This document shows, one piece after another, positions 9,427 through 18,894 of a stretch of DNA of 64,000 bases (position 1 is the stretch's first letter; each line of letters begins with the position of its first letter). Position numbers and translations under genes: made by a program. Origin of the DNA: a virus. Where the stretch lies: IMG/VR virus record IMGVR_UViG_3300050821_009780, positions 1-64,000 of that record. The stretch is one strand, 5' to 3'. The notes beneath the pieces were generated by a model. It saw only the letters and a list, made by a program, of their open reading frames with translations, ran no database searches and was not told the DNA's origin.

Positions 9427-11173
9427 GACCCATCCTTGACGCTCGCCGCCCGCAGCACGCTCAGCCTGAGATCGTACGTCTGCTCGATATGGTGCATGGC
9501 CTCGGCGTGCCGCCGCAGCTCGGCCATGGTGTTCTCACGGTGCTTGTCGCGCTCGTGATCGATGGACCGGATGCGCTCACTCTCAGCCTCGGCCCTGATC
9601 TCTTCCTCGGTGTAGCTCACGACACCTCCTGACGGGCATTGCGGTGCGCCTCGATAGTGAAGCCGCGCATGCCGTCGCTGTGCATGTCCAACCCCTCGGC
9701 CGACGTCGCCGTCAGCGTGAGGTTGCCGTCCTTGTCGGCGAACCCGTGCACCCGCAGCGCCACCACGGACTCGCCGTGGTGCCAGACGCGGACCTCGGTC
9801 TCGAAGCCGCCCTCTTTTCCGCGCGGCCCGGTCGCCTGTGCCGTCTTGGCCCCGTCTACTACCGTCGTGATCCAGAAGTTCCTGCCAGGTCCCATGCCCA
9901 TGTCACTTCAGTTCCCCTCGGTAGTTGTCTCGTTTTCGCTGTGCCCCGCAGCAAGCCACGGGGCGAACCCTGCCGGGTCGTTTCCGGCCGCACACCAGCG
10001 GTAGAACGCTGCCTCACGGCGCACCGCCGCAACCCCGCCGTGCGGGTCGTAGTCCGCGCCTAGGTAGCGCGCCCGCCATGCCTTCCGCAGCGTGTCCAGC
10101 TCATCCTGCGCGTCGCGGTCTCTCAGGTTGAGGACCGGCCGGCCGTGCGTGCTGTGCTCGGGGTAGCTCACGGTGCCTCCTGCAGTGTCGAAAGGTCTAC
10201 GTACCGCGCGGCGTCGGCCACGCTGGCCACGTCGGCCACCAGCCAGCCGTGGGCGGTGCGGTCGATGCCCGCCCGCTTGGCCGCATCCTGGTGGACGGGG
10301 ACGGTGTGCCCGTCGGGCAGCTTCACCGTGTCGTGCTCGACCCGGATGACCTGCCGGCCGTCGATGCTGATGACGCTCAGGTGCCAGTGGCCGTCTTTCG
10401 AGACGTAGCCGCTCACAGCGGCCTCACCCGCGAGAAACTGACCATCTCGGTACCGTGGCCGAAACGGACGCGCGCCCAGTGGCCCGACTCCGCCTCGAAA
10501 AGCTCGGTGATGCTGCCGTAGCGGACGAACCGGCCGGCCTTGACCGATACGCCGTCGCCGGGCCGGTAGGTGACCTCGCCGTGCCGTACGGCCTCGACCT
10601 TGCGGTAACTGTCGGTCCTGGTCATTTCGCGCCCCCTGCGTGTTGCCCTGTACCCTCTACAACTTGGTCAAGGCCAAGTCTATTCCTCAGTCGGAACCCA
10701 CTTGCCGTCTCGCCACTCGGCGTTGCTCACCCGCATGTACCCGCCGGTGGACAGCCCCTTCATGTAGCGCACGTCCGGCCACCTGTACTCGACCGGCCGC
10801 AGCCCCAGCCTGCGGCGGTGCGCCATGTGCGGGACGTGCTGCATTGACATGCGGGCCGGGGGACGCTTCGGTGCCCACCCGCACTCGCAGCCGATGAGGT
10901 GGTTCGCCGCGAACGGCCAGTGGCCATCCGTCTCGGCCTCGGTACTCACGCTGTTGCTTCCTTCCTTGCCCGCCACGCCCGGCACACCTTGACCAGGACG
11001 ATTAGCCCCAGCTCGTCGGCCGGGCCGGGTATGGCCAGGCACAGCAGGCACAGCAGCAGCTTGAGCCACCACGGGCCGGGCAGCGCCCGCCACATCTCGC
11101 GCGCCTCGTCCTTGAGCCACCACCACAGCCAGGATGCGTAGAAGCTCCCGTACTCTCTCATGCTCTCGCTCAT
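9423..11173 (-). other. Run of small coupled hypothetical genes (9423-9620, 9617-9901, 9908-10171, 10168-10416, 10413-10625, 10680-10949, 10946-11173)
   Basis: Successive GTGA/ATGA start-stop overlaps and SD sequences, typical of phage early genes. Confidence 0.65.
10662..10679. promoter_or_regulatory. Palindromic operator/promoter ACTTGG-TCAAGG-CCAAGT
   Basis: Member of a repeated intergenic motif family. Confidence 0.75.
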
Positions 11174-11178
11174 GCCCT

Positions 11179-12282
11179 CTATAACTTGGCCTGAGCCAAG
11201 TTTATTTCCCTTTCGTCGGGCAGCACGGAGAAGAACAGGAACCCGCCCGACTCGTCGGTGGTCTGCGCCCCCGAGCTGTCCGCGACCGGGCCGGCCTGCC
11301 AGGTCAGCTTGTGGCCGGTCAGCTTCTCCGCGTGCGACTGCGCCTCGGCCGGGGTGGCGAACTCCCCTTCCACTTTCGCGGTGCGGTGCCCGCCGCCGGA
11401 CTGGTACAGCTCCCAGAAGCGCTCGGCGTGCCCTTCAGCGTCGTCGGCCGGCACAGCGGAATCCTCGCTGATCTCGTACCCGCGCGAGGACTTCATTTTC
11501 TCGGCCAGCTCCTCGACCTCGACCGGCCACACCAGGCAGGTGTCGTTCCCCGTGCCCGTGATGACGTAGCGGATGCCCGTTTCGCTATCCGAGAGAGCAT
11601 TGGCCTTCTCCACCGTCAGCGCCCGCGCGCTGCTCGCCTTGTCCTTGTCCGGGCGGCCGATGCGCAGCACCACCCGGCAGGCATCTGTCAGCCCCTTGCT
11701 GCCGGCGGTCGCGCCCGACTTGACCGAATGGTGCGTCAGCACCAGCGCTGCGCGCTGCTTGGCCGCGAACACCTCCAGCGGGTCGATGACGGCCCGCGCC
11801 CCCTTGTTGGTGGCCAGGTTGACCGACGACACGGCGTACAGCGGGTCGATGACGATGAGCCCCACGTGCCGCCCGGTCAGCTGCTCGACCTCGGCCACGG
11901 CGCGCTGCAGGGTGCCGTCGTTCACGCTCTCGGGCAGGGTGAAGCGGGTGCCGTCCGCGAACACGGTGAGGTTGAACACCAGCGCCTGGTCAGCCCCAGC
12001 GGCGGTCAGACGCCACGCTACGGCCTCGTTGGGGTCATCCTCGGGTGCAACCAGGATGACGGCCTCCGGCTCGCGTACGGCGCTCTCCGGCTCGCCGGGG
12101 AAGGGCCGGCCCGTCGTCACCCGCGCGGCCATGTCGATGGTCAGCAGCCCCTTGCCGGTGCCGCCGGGGGCCACCAGCAGCGTGACGTGCCGGCGGAGGA
12201 ACCACCCCTCCCACAGCGGGTCCACTTCCTTGGTCGGAATATTGGTGAACGGGACGGCCAGAAGCTTGCTCACGTCGGTCAT
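11179..12282 (-). CDS. AAA_25 / RepA-like (SF4-type) helicase-ATPase
   Basis: Walker A APGGTGKG, acidic ILVAPEDD, Walker B LIVIDP, and the motifs LTHHSVK and GSKGL..ACRVVL. No N-terminal primase domain is visible. Confidence 0.8.
   Translation of the reverse strand: MTDVSKLLAVPFTNIPTKEVDPLWEGWFLRRHVTLLVAPGGTGKGLLTIDMAARVTTGRPFPGEPESAVREPEAVILVAPEDDPNEAVAWRLTAAGADQALVFNLTVFADGTRFTLPESVNDGTLQRAVAEVEQLTGRHVGLIVIDPLYAVSSVNLATNKGARAVIDPLEVFAAKQRAALVLTHHSVKSGATAGSKGLTDACRVVLRIGRPDKDKASSARALTVEKANALSDSETGIRYVITGTGNDTCLVWPVEVEELAEKMKSSRGYEISEDSAVPADDAEGHAERFWELYQSGGGHRTAKVEGEFATPAEAQSHAEKLTGHKLTWQAGPVADSSGAQTTDESGGFLFFSVLPDEREINLAQAKL
11184..11201. promoter_or_regulatory. Palindromic operator/promoter ACTTGG-CCTGAG-CCAAGT
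   Basis: Motif copy overlapping the helicase 3' end, 10 nt from the next ATG (11173). Confidence 0.75.
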
Positions 12283-12384
12283 GACCGGTCACCCCTCACG
12301 TAAGCCTCACGAACTAGCTCACCGGCATCCCTGTAATTCCTGCGCTGCCTGCTCATATCCTGCCTCCCCTGCTTGCCTCGTATA

Positions 12385-12402
12385 ACTTGGTACGAGCCAA
12401 GT
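12385..12402. promoter_or_regulatory. Palindromic operator/promoter ACTTGG-TACGAG-CCAAGT
   Basis: Motif copy upstream of the helicase operon. Confidence 0.75.
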
Positions 12403-12916
12403 CTTATTCCGCAGACTGCCTCCCGAGCAAAGCCAGCTTCCACAGCGCCTCGAAGGCCAGCCCGTCGGTCACCGCCTGCTCACCGGAGGTCGGCACTTCC
12501 GCCATCCTGCGCTCCAGGTAGCGGAGCGCCTGGTTCGGTGTCATGTCGCTCATGCGGACGGTGCCTCCTCGGGCTGGACGTGGTTCGCGTTCATGACCTC
12601 GACCATGCGCAGCGCGCACGCCGCACAGTACGGACCCCACTTCATGCCGTCGTCGATGTGCGGGTAGACACGCCAGAGCGCGCCGTCCCACAGCAGTGCG
12701 CGCTGGTCGGTCGTCTGAATGAGGCAGTTATGGCACGTAGTCGCCTCGGCTCCTGCCCGTTCCGCGTAGCGCGGGTCGCAGTCGATGATGAACGGGCACG
12801 CGTCATCGAAGACGCAGGTATCAGCCGCATGACACCGGCTGGCCTTCGCCTGGTCCAGGGTGTCGCCTAGGTTGTCGTCGCTCATGTTGTTGCTCCCCTT
12901 GCCTTGAGACAAGTCT

Positions 12917-12950
12917 AGCAGGGCACTTGACTTTGGCCAAGTGCCCTGCT
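12917..12950. promoter_or_regulatory. 13-bp inverted repeat enclosing a variant operator (ACTTGA-CTTTGG-CCAAGT)
   Basis: AGCAGGGCACTTG-N8-CAAGTGCCCTGCT. A second variant, CCTTGC-CTTGAG-ACAAGT, lies at 12897-12914. Confidence 0.6.
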
Positions 12951-13320
12951 GACGTTACGGTTCGGTGTGCTGCTTGACTTCGTTGCGGACGCTCAGTGCC
13001 AGCGCGATGCCGCCGATGCCGGCGTCAAACCTGAAACCGGACTCCGTGGATGACAAGCCGCACCTTGTCGTTCATGCGCGCGGTGAACTCGAAGGGAACC
13101 TCGTGCAGCCCCTGGTTGCGCCTACGGGCAGCCTGGTCCCTGTTACGCTCAGTGGCAGCCAGGGCCAGCGGATGGCGCTCAGCTACCTGCTCGCGCCACG
13201 CAACATCGCGCTGCTCTTGCGCGGCTTCCTGCAGTTCCTCTTCGGTGAGACTGTCGTCTAGGTACATGGCTGCGACCTTTCGCCCCGGCCCGGCTCCCCC
13301 GGACCTTCGTGCTCAGTATA

Positions 13321-13338
13321 ACTTGGCTTGAGCCAAAT
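13321..13338. promoter_or_regulatory. Palindromic operator/promoter ACTTGG-CTTGAG-CCAAAT
   Basis: Motif copy with the same flanks (TATA...TATTCC). Confidence 0.7.
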
Positions 13339-15332
13339 GTATTCCGCTGGCGAAAAGTATTATCCGACCTTCGCCGGGCCTGCGTAGACGTTGATGCAGC
13401 CCTGCGCGCACGCGTCGAAGCCCTCGCGGGCATACCAGCAGCCGGCGTCCTTGCAGGTGACCGCTTTCGGCGGCTCGGGCGGGCGGCCCCACAGGTGGTG
13501 CCAGGACACGGCGACAGCCGCATGGCGCTCGGTGCTGATCGCGGTGCAGGCATCGCTGTCCGAGACGTTCACCTCGCCAGGACCTGGCAGCCGCAGCCGG
13601 CGTGAGCGCACACCAGCCACGGGAAGGTGTCCTCAGTTCCGGTGTGCGCGGTCAGCGGGTGAGTGCAATCGTGCTCAGGGGGGTTCATGTCCTGTTAATA
13701 CGGCAGTCACAGCCTGGCCACCTGGCGCTGCGCCCACTCAAGCACCCGGTCCACGCTCAGGTCGCTGCCGTATTTCTCGTCGTACTCGTCGCCCCAGAAG
13801 TCTGCCCGGTCGGGGTTGTCCCTGAGCTGACTGCGGATGCAGTGCTCAATGTGCGCCTTGCTGTAGTTGCGCAGATCAGATTCCTCCCTCGGCCTCGTGT
13901 AGGCGATGAACAGGGAAGCGGCCTTGTTCCTGCTCACCACGTGCTGGACGGATATCTTGGCCACCGGCGTGCCGTCAGACTGGCGCTTCCAGTTGAACCT
14001 GATCACTTCCGTGCCCCCTTCCCCTCTTGCCCCGGTACCAGATGGCACCCAGCAGCGGCATAGAGCCGACCAGCGTGCCGATGCGCAGCGGGACCACGGC
14101 CCCGTGGCGCTTGCCGTGCACCGCCGCCGCCTGGGGGGCCTGGGGAGCGGCGCTCTCCCGGCTGCCGAAGATGCCCGCCAGAATCGGGGCGGCATCGTCC
14201 GGCCCGTCTGCGGCGTAGACGGCGTAGACGAACACCTGGCGGCCCAGCCCCACGCTCTTCCTAGGCACTAGCTTCCCTCGCGTTGACCAGTGCCGTCCTG
14301 AACGCGACAAGGTCGTCAACCGTTCCGGTGTTGACGAGAACCTGGTAGTACCGCCTCTGCGCCGTATCAGCCGACGACTCCAGCTTCCCGAGCGCCTCCA
14401 GCGCGCGGCCGAGAGAGCACTCCAGCTTCTCAGCGTACGGCTGACCGAAAGTGACCAGGTACTTGGTTTCCCGCCTGATCTCGATCACAGGATCTACCTC
14501 TACTCGCATGTCCGTGCCGTCCATTCCGGGGTGTCTTCCAGGCCAGTGCCTCGCGGGCCGCCCATGCGGGACATAGTGGCCAGCAGGTCCAGCTCGTCGA
14601 TGCTGTAGTTGCGCATGACCAGCAGTGCGAACTGGCCCTGCAGCGGGTCCAGGTTCACGGGACGGCGCTCCCGTCATCGATGCCGTACCCGCCCCGGCGC
14701 ACCTTCTCGGCCGTGGTGGTGCCGCCGTGCTCCTCCAGGTAGCCGATAAACCACTCGGCCTGCTCGGCGGTGGGGTAGCGGGTGACTACGCACGGCGGAT
14801 CGCTTTCCTCATCCACCACGGCCACCGGGTTGACTGTCTCGTAGCTCACCAGTTGGTCCCATCCTTCACGTTGCGCGCGGCCTCGGCGGCATCCCCGATG
14901 AGACTGCACACGTCGCGGGCCAGCGCCCGTGCCTCGGTCTTCTCGGCCTCGGTCAGCGGCCCGCGCTTCATGAGAGCCAGCTCGCGGATGCGCCTGGCCT
15001 TGGCCAGCGCGTCATCCAGGTAGTCGCACAGCTCGTCGGCGAACGGGTACAGCTCCTCCTCAAGCGGGTAGCCGCTCACGACACGCTCACCCACGCACTG
15101 GCCGTGTTCAGCGCCTCGACGTAGCTCGCCGCAGCCACCACCTCGCCGATGAACTCGGAAACAAGATCGCCGTGGCCGTGGTTCCGCAGAGCCGCGCCCA
15201 CCTGGCCGGCCACGGCGAAGATGCTGCCGTTGCTGGTCAGCCTGACCGTGATGCCGGGGAACCTCGGCACGGGGCGATCGGTGCCGCCCGCGCCCTGCGC
15301 GTAGTGGAACAGCAGCTCCCTGTCTTTTCCGC

Positions 15333-15917
15333 TCACTGCTGCCTCACCACCTCGTCCGGGCTGACCACGTGCAGGATGGAGTGCGACAGCCGCGCGTACG
15401 CGCCGCCGTGGCCGCCCAGCCTGGCCACGTTGACCAGCCGGCCCTTGTCGGCCAGCACCACGGCCAGGTCGCCGTCGGACACCCCGCCGTAGCTCTTGCC
15501 CTTGGGCAGGGTGACCCGGACCAGCGTGCCGGGGTGCAGCGTCACCTGTGCCGCCTCGGCCTCGGCGTACATGTGCGCGGCCATGGCGCTCCCGGCGGGA
15601 ACGCAGCGGCGCAGCTCCACGAAGTGCCGCCCGCCGTCGCCTTCCGCGACGGTCACGTACATGTAAGGACTGGCGGCGTCACGCTCGAAACTCAGGATGT
15701 TGCCCGTGTGCGCCCGCTGGTAGCGGTCCAGGAACGTCACCTCATGACCAGGGCGGTACATGTGCGGGCCGCCGTCTTTCTTGGGGAACTTGACCACGGC
15801 GCTGGTAATGGGAGCCTTAGCCGGTTTCGATGACGGTGCCGTGTACGGCTCAAGCGGGTCTTCCCGCTTGGCGAACTTGCTCTGGCCGAACAGGTCTGAT
15901 GTGCTCTTGGCGGTCAT
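15333..15917 (-). CDS. Hypothetical protein with two SH3-like beta modules
   Basis: Segments YRPGHEVTF..HTGNILSF and LHPGTLVRV..DLAVVLAD resemble SH3-barrel patterns. Confidence 0.5.
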   Translation of the reverse strand: MTAKSTSDLFGQSKFAKREDPLEPYTAPSSKPAKAPITSAVVKFPKKDGGPHMYRPGHEVTFLDRYQRAHTGNILSFERDAASPYMYVTVAEGDGGRHFVELRRCVPAGSAMAAHMYAEAEAAQVTLHPGTLVRVTLPKGKSYGGVSDGDLAVVLADKGRLVNVARLGGHGGAYARLSHSILHVVSPDEVVRQQ

Positions 15918-16130
15918 TTACCTCGCCACCCTTACCTGCTCGGTCACCGAGCGGGGGTTGAAGCCGATGTGGATGCGCCTCGGCTGGTCGTCCTGCTCGT
16001 GCTGCGCGCCCAGCATGCGCATGAGCTGCTGCAGCTGGTCGCGCTCGCTGTATTCGTTCTGGTAGCCGTATCCGGGCTCGTGCCTGAGAATGTTCATTGT
16101 GCCGCTCCCTTTTCTCTCTGTTACGAGAGC

Positions 16131-16224
16131 CGCAGGTGCCCGAGTTGAACGGGAGTGCGCGGTAACCCTCCGCGCCGACTGTGACGGGGGAACCGTCCCC
16201 ACCGAATGTCACCTGCGTAGTCGG
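16131..16224 (-). ncRNA. Candidate tRNA-like structured RNA
   Basis: 8-bp closing stem CGCAGGTG/CACCTGCG, T-arm-like CCCG-TTCAACT-CGGG, and hairpins GGGGA-CGGT-TCCCC and GCGCGG-N7-CCGCGC. Intergenic, downstream of an operator/promoter. Confidence 0.45.
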
Positions 16225-16295
16225 GGGAGCGGGACCGGGCGGGGACTGTTGTTTTCGCTGTCCCCCTGTGCCCTGTTCCCCCTGCGCCCCGTATA

Positions 16296-16313
16296 ACTTG
16301 GTCAAGGCCAAGT
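16296..16313. promoter_or_regulatory. Palindromic operator/promoter ACTTGG-TCAAGG-CCAAGT
   Basis: Core identical to the copy at 10662; heads the early-gene block. Confidence 0.75.
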
Positions 16314-16411
16314 CTATTCCCTCTGCTACGACAGAGACAAGGCGGCGAACACGAACACGGCGGCGGCGAGCGCGACGGCCCCGTACGCCAGCACCGACAG
16401 CCAGAAGCGCC

Positions 16412-16999
16412 TCACTTGAAGTGCCGGTCCGCGTCGGCCAGCAGGAACCGCAGCCGCCCCGCCAGCCGCAGCACCGTGCGCTCGCGCACGGTCGCCCAGC
16501 CGCCCCGCAGCTTGGTGTGCAGCGACGCCTCGTCCAGCTCCAGCGCGGCCTTCAGCAGCTGCGCCATGAGGTCGTCCCACAGCGGGACGGGCACGCTGTC
16601 CCCGGTCACATCCGCCGCCCGCCCGCCGGACCGCTGAATCATCTCGGCGACGTAGTGCCGCTGGAACTCGGACGGGAACTGGCGCCTCAGCTGCAGCAGC
16701 GCCGCCTGGCGGGCGGAATCGCGGAGGTGCCGCAGCTCGACGTTCTCCGGGATTTCGCGGATCTTGCGGTTGTACTCCTGGTTGGCCTCCCGGCACCCGC
16801 AGGTGCCCGCCGCGAGCGGCCATCCCCAATCCCCGCTGCGCTGGCGCTTGTGCTTCTGGTAGCCCCGGTTGGTGCCGTGCCGGAACTTGGCCTTGGGCGA
16901 ACTGAACGTCTTGCCGCAGTCGCCGCAGTGCACCTTGCCGCCCGGCAGCTTGGTGCGGTTCTTGGCATGGCGGCACGGCCACTGCTTGGTGGTGGGCAT
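16412..16999 (-). CDS. Zn-binding protein with an HGT..GY..H..CxC motif (putative regulator)
   Basis: ATG at 16999; CRH..CGDCG and RHGTNRGYQKH...TCGCREAN motifs, common in actinophage DNA-binding proteins. Confidence 0.55.
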   Translation of the reverse strand: MPTTKQWPCRHAKNRTKLPGGKVHCGDCGKTFSSPKAKFRHGTNRGYQKHKRQRSGDWGWPLAAGTCGCREANQEYNRKIREIPENVELRHLRDSARQAALLQLRRQFPSEFQRHYVAEMIQRSGGRAADVTGDSVPVPLWDDLMAQLLKAALELDEASLHTKLRGGWATVRERTVLRLAGRLRFLLADADRHFK

Positions 17000-17196
17000 A
17001 ACAGCTGATCTCCCGTGACGTAGTCGCGCAGCCAGCCGAACGTCTGCTCGCGGCCGGACCACTCCGCGTTGAACGGGGACCAGCCGGCCAGGGCGCGGTC
17101 GGTGGGCTGCTGCCACAGCAGCAGCATGCAGCTGGCGGCACTGACATCCAGCTCGGGCTTGCGGCGCAGGACATAGGACGGAAGCTCGAAGTTCAT
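16999..17196 (-). CDS. Hypothetical 65-aa protein whose natural end is a TTA codon overlapping the next ATG
   Basis: MNFELPSY...DYVTGDQL-TTA(17001-16999). The formal ORF runs on as junk sequence to 16687. Confidence 0.5.
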
Positions 17197-17212
17197 GCTC
17201 CCTGGTACGGCC

Positions 17213-17374
17213 TCACAGCGCCTTGAGCGTGTTGTAGGTATCCCAGTGCTCGTGGCAGCAGAAGTACAGGTAGCCGCCGTGCTCGTAGTGCGTGTCACGG
17301 CGCGCGTCGCCGTCCATGCGGCCATCCCGGTCCTCGACCGGCTTCTCGCACAGCCAGCAAAAGAAGACGCTCAC
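17213..17374 (-). CDS. Small TRASH/YHS-like metal-binding protein
   Basis: MSVFFCWLCEKPV...YEHGGYLYFCCHEHW. It is below the ORF-track cutoff and was translated by hand. Confidence 0.5.
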   Translation of the reverse strand: MSVFFCWLCEKPVEDRDGRMDGDARRDTHYEHGGYLYFCCHEHWDTYNTLKAL

Positions 17375-17376
17375 CG

Positions 17377-18039
17377 TTACGGCACCAGGTGGGCGTAGGC
17401 GATGATCGAATCCAGGTAGTGCCCGGTGGCGGCGTCGAACGGCCCGCCGCAGGTGACCAGCCGGAGCTCCGGCGCTCCCGCGGACGCGAACACCCGGGAC
17501 GGCTGGAAGGAATCCTTGGCAATCACCTGCACCCCGTCGGTGTCGAAGCGGGCGGTCCGGCCATCTTCCAGCACGACTTCGACGAGGTCGCCCCTGACGA
17601 GGTTCTTGAGCCGGTAGAACACCGAGGGCCCCTGGTAGCTGTCCACGTGGCCGAGGATGACGGCGGTGCCCTGCTGGCCGGGGGTGACGCTGCCGTCGTA
17701 CCAGCTCGCCAGGTTGTGGTTGCCCAGGGGCGGGACGGCCATGGTGCCATCGCTGTTCAGGCCGAGGGGCTCCACCGGCGCGTCCACCCCGAGCACCGGG
17801 ATCTCTATCCGGTCCGGAGCCGAGCGGGCCAGCGCGACCGCCCGGGAGGCGGGTGCCCGGGGCGGCGGCGTCGGCGAGACGGTGGTCGGAATCACCTGGG
17901 CCGCCGCGGGCGGCAGCTGGACCTTATCCAGTACCGCCCGCGCGACCAGGAACCCTCCGGCTGCCAGCAGCACCACGGCGGCGGCGACAGCCGCCTTGCC
18001 GTGCCACCGGGAACTGCGGTGGTGCCTGCCCCTGCTCAC
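17377..18039 (-). CDS. Class F sortase
   Basis: N-terminal TM anchor, PDRIEIP, PGQQGTAVILGHVD (catalytic His) and LRLVTCGGPFD...HY (catalytic Cys). Confidence 0.9.
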   Translation of the reverse strand: MSRGRHHRSSRWHGKAAVAAAVVLLAAGGFLVARAVLDKVQLPPAAAQVIPTTVSPTPPPRAPASRAVALARSAPDRIEIPVLGVDAPVEPLGLNSDGTMAVPPLGNHNLASWYDGSVTPGQQGTAVILGHVDSYQGPSVFYRLKNLVRGDLVEVVLEDGRTARFDTDGVQVIAKDSFQPSRVFASAGAPELRLVTCGGPFDAATGHYLDSIIAYAHLVP

Positions 18040-18881
18040 TGCTGGCGGCGGAGCCTCCGCACCAGCAGCAGGCCGCCGGCCGCCGCGGCCAGGCCGCCGG
18101 CCGAAGCCATCACAATCAGGCCGGCACCGGGCCCGGTGCCGCCGCCGGTAGCGGGAGCCCCGACCGGCACGGCAGTGGACGCGGGAGCCGTCGTGACCGG
18201 AACCGTAACCGGGGTCGTGGCCGGCGTCGCGGGCATGGTGGTGCCGTTCCCGTTGCCGTTAACCACGGCGACGGCGGCGAACCCGGCCTGCTCGATCTGC
18301 GCGGTGCTCAGCCCCTGGCACTGGGCCAGCACGCGCGCCTCGGAGAAGGCCACCGCATCGGTCATGGCGGTGCTGTGCGTGCGGGCGAAGGCCACCAGCG
18401 CGGCGGTGCAGTCGGCCACGGTGGGGGTCGTCATGGTTGCGCTTGCGGAGGCGCTGGGGGTCATGCTGGGGGTCGCGGTGGCGGTCGCCCCGGACACCAG
18501 GGTGGTGAACGACATGTCCCCGCCGGGGACGGTCACGCCGCCGGACACCGCGTCCACCCGGAAGTGGTAGGTGGTGCTGGGGGCCAGCCCGGTGACGCCG
18601 GCGGACACCACCTCGGTGGTGAACCCGTTGCCCGCGTTGACGGAGCCGGTGGTGGAGCCGTACGCGACCGTGGTCCCGTACTCGAACTGGTAGGTGGTGT
18701 CGTTTCCCTCGGGGTTGACGGTGCCGTTCAGCGTCGCGCTCGTGGCGGCGACGTTGGTGGCGGGCAGCGTGCCGGCGGTCTGCGGCACGGCGGCCGAAGA
18801 CGGCCCGGCGGCGACCGCCAGCCCGGCCATCGCCAGGAGCGGGGCAACCGCCAGCCGGCGGCAGAACTTAGCTAGCATCAT
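18036..18881 (-). CDS. Sortase substrate: secreted FN3-like surface protein with a sorting signal
   Basis: Signal peptide, FN3-like domain (SATLNGTVNP..YQFEYGTT..TGLAPSTTYHFRV), then VPVGAPATGGG, a TM helix and an RRLRR tail. Confidence 0.8.
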   Translation of the reverse strand: MMLAKFCRRLAVAPLLAMAGLAVAAGPSSAAVPQTAGTLPATNVAATSATLNGTVNPEGNDTTYQFEYGTTVAYGSTTGSVNAGNGFTTEVVSAGVTGLAPSTTYHFRVDAVSGGVTVPGGDMSFTTLVSGATATATPSMTPSASASATMTTPTVADCTAALVAFARTHSTAMTDAVAFSEARVLAQCQGLSTAQIEQAGFAAVAVVNGNGNGTTMPATPATTPVTVPVTTAPASTAVPVGAPATGGGTGPGAGLIVMASAGGLAAAAGGLLLVRRLRRQQ

Positions 18882-18894
18882 GGTCGTCCGATCG

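Larger units (their letters stand above)
12404..16097 (-). other. Run of small coupled hypothetical early-type genes (e.g. 12404-12553, 12550-12885, 13025-13267, 13569-13688, 14655-14849, 14846-15079, 15076-15336, 15918-16097)
   Basis: Overlapping starts and stops with SD motifs; several are Cys-rich Zn-binding peptides. Confidence 0.6.

Noticed and set aside
13677-13710. Apparent TTA at codon 5 of a gene starting at GTG 13710
   Set aside because: That frame closes after 11 codons. The credible Cys/His gene starts at ATG 13688 in another frame and has no TTA.
16131-16217. Canonical tRNA-Sec (a TCA triplet is present)
   Set aside because: There is no proper anticodon stem-loop, there are extra nucleotides before the D arm, and there is no CCA end. 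Kept only as a tRNA-like candidate.
10657-16320. Repeated palindromes as a CRISPR array
   Set aside because: The copies are 0.5-3 kb apart and separated by genes, and there are no cas genes.
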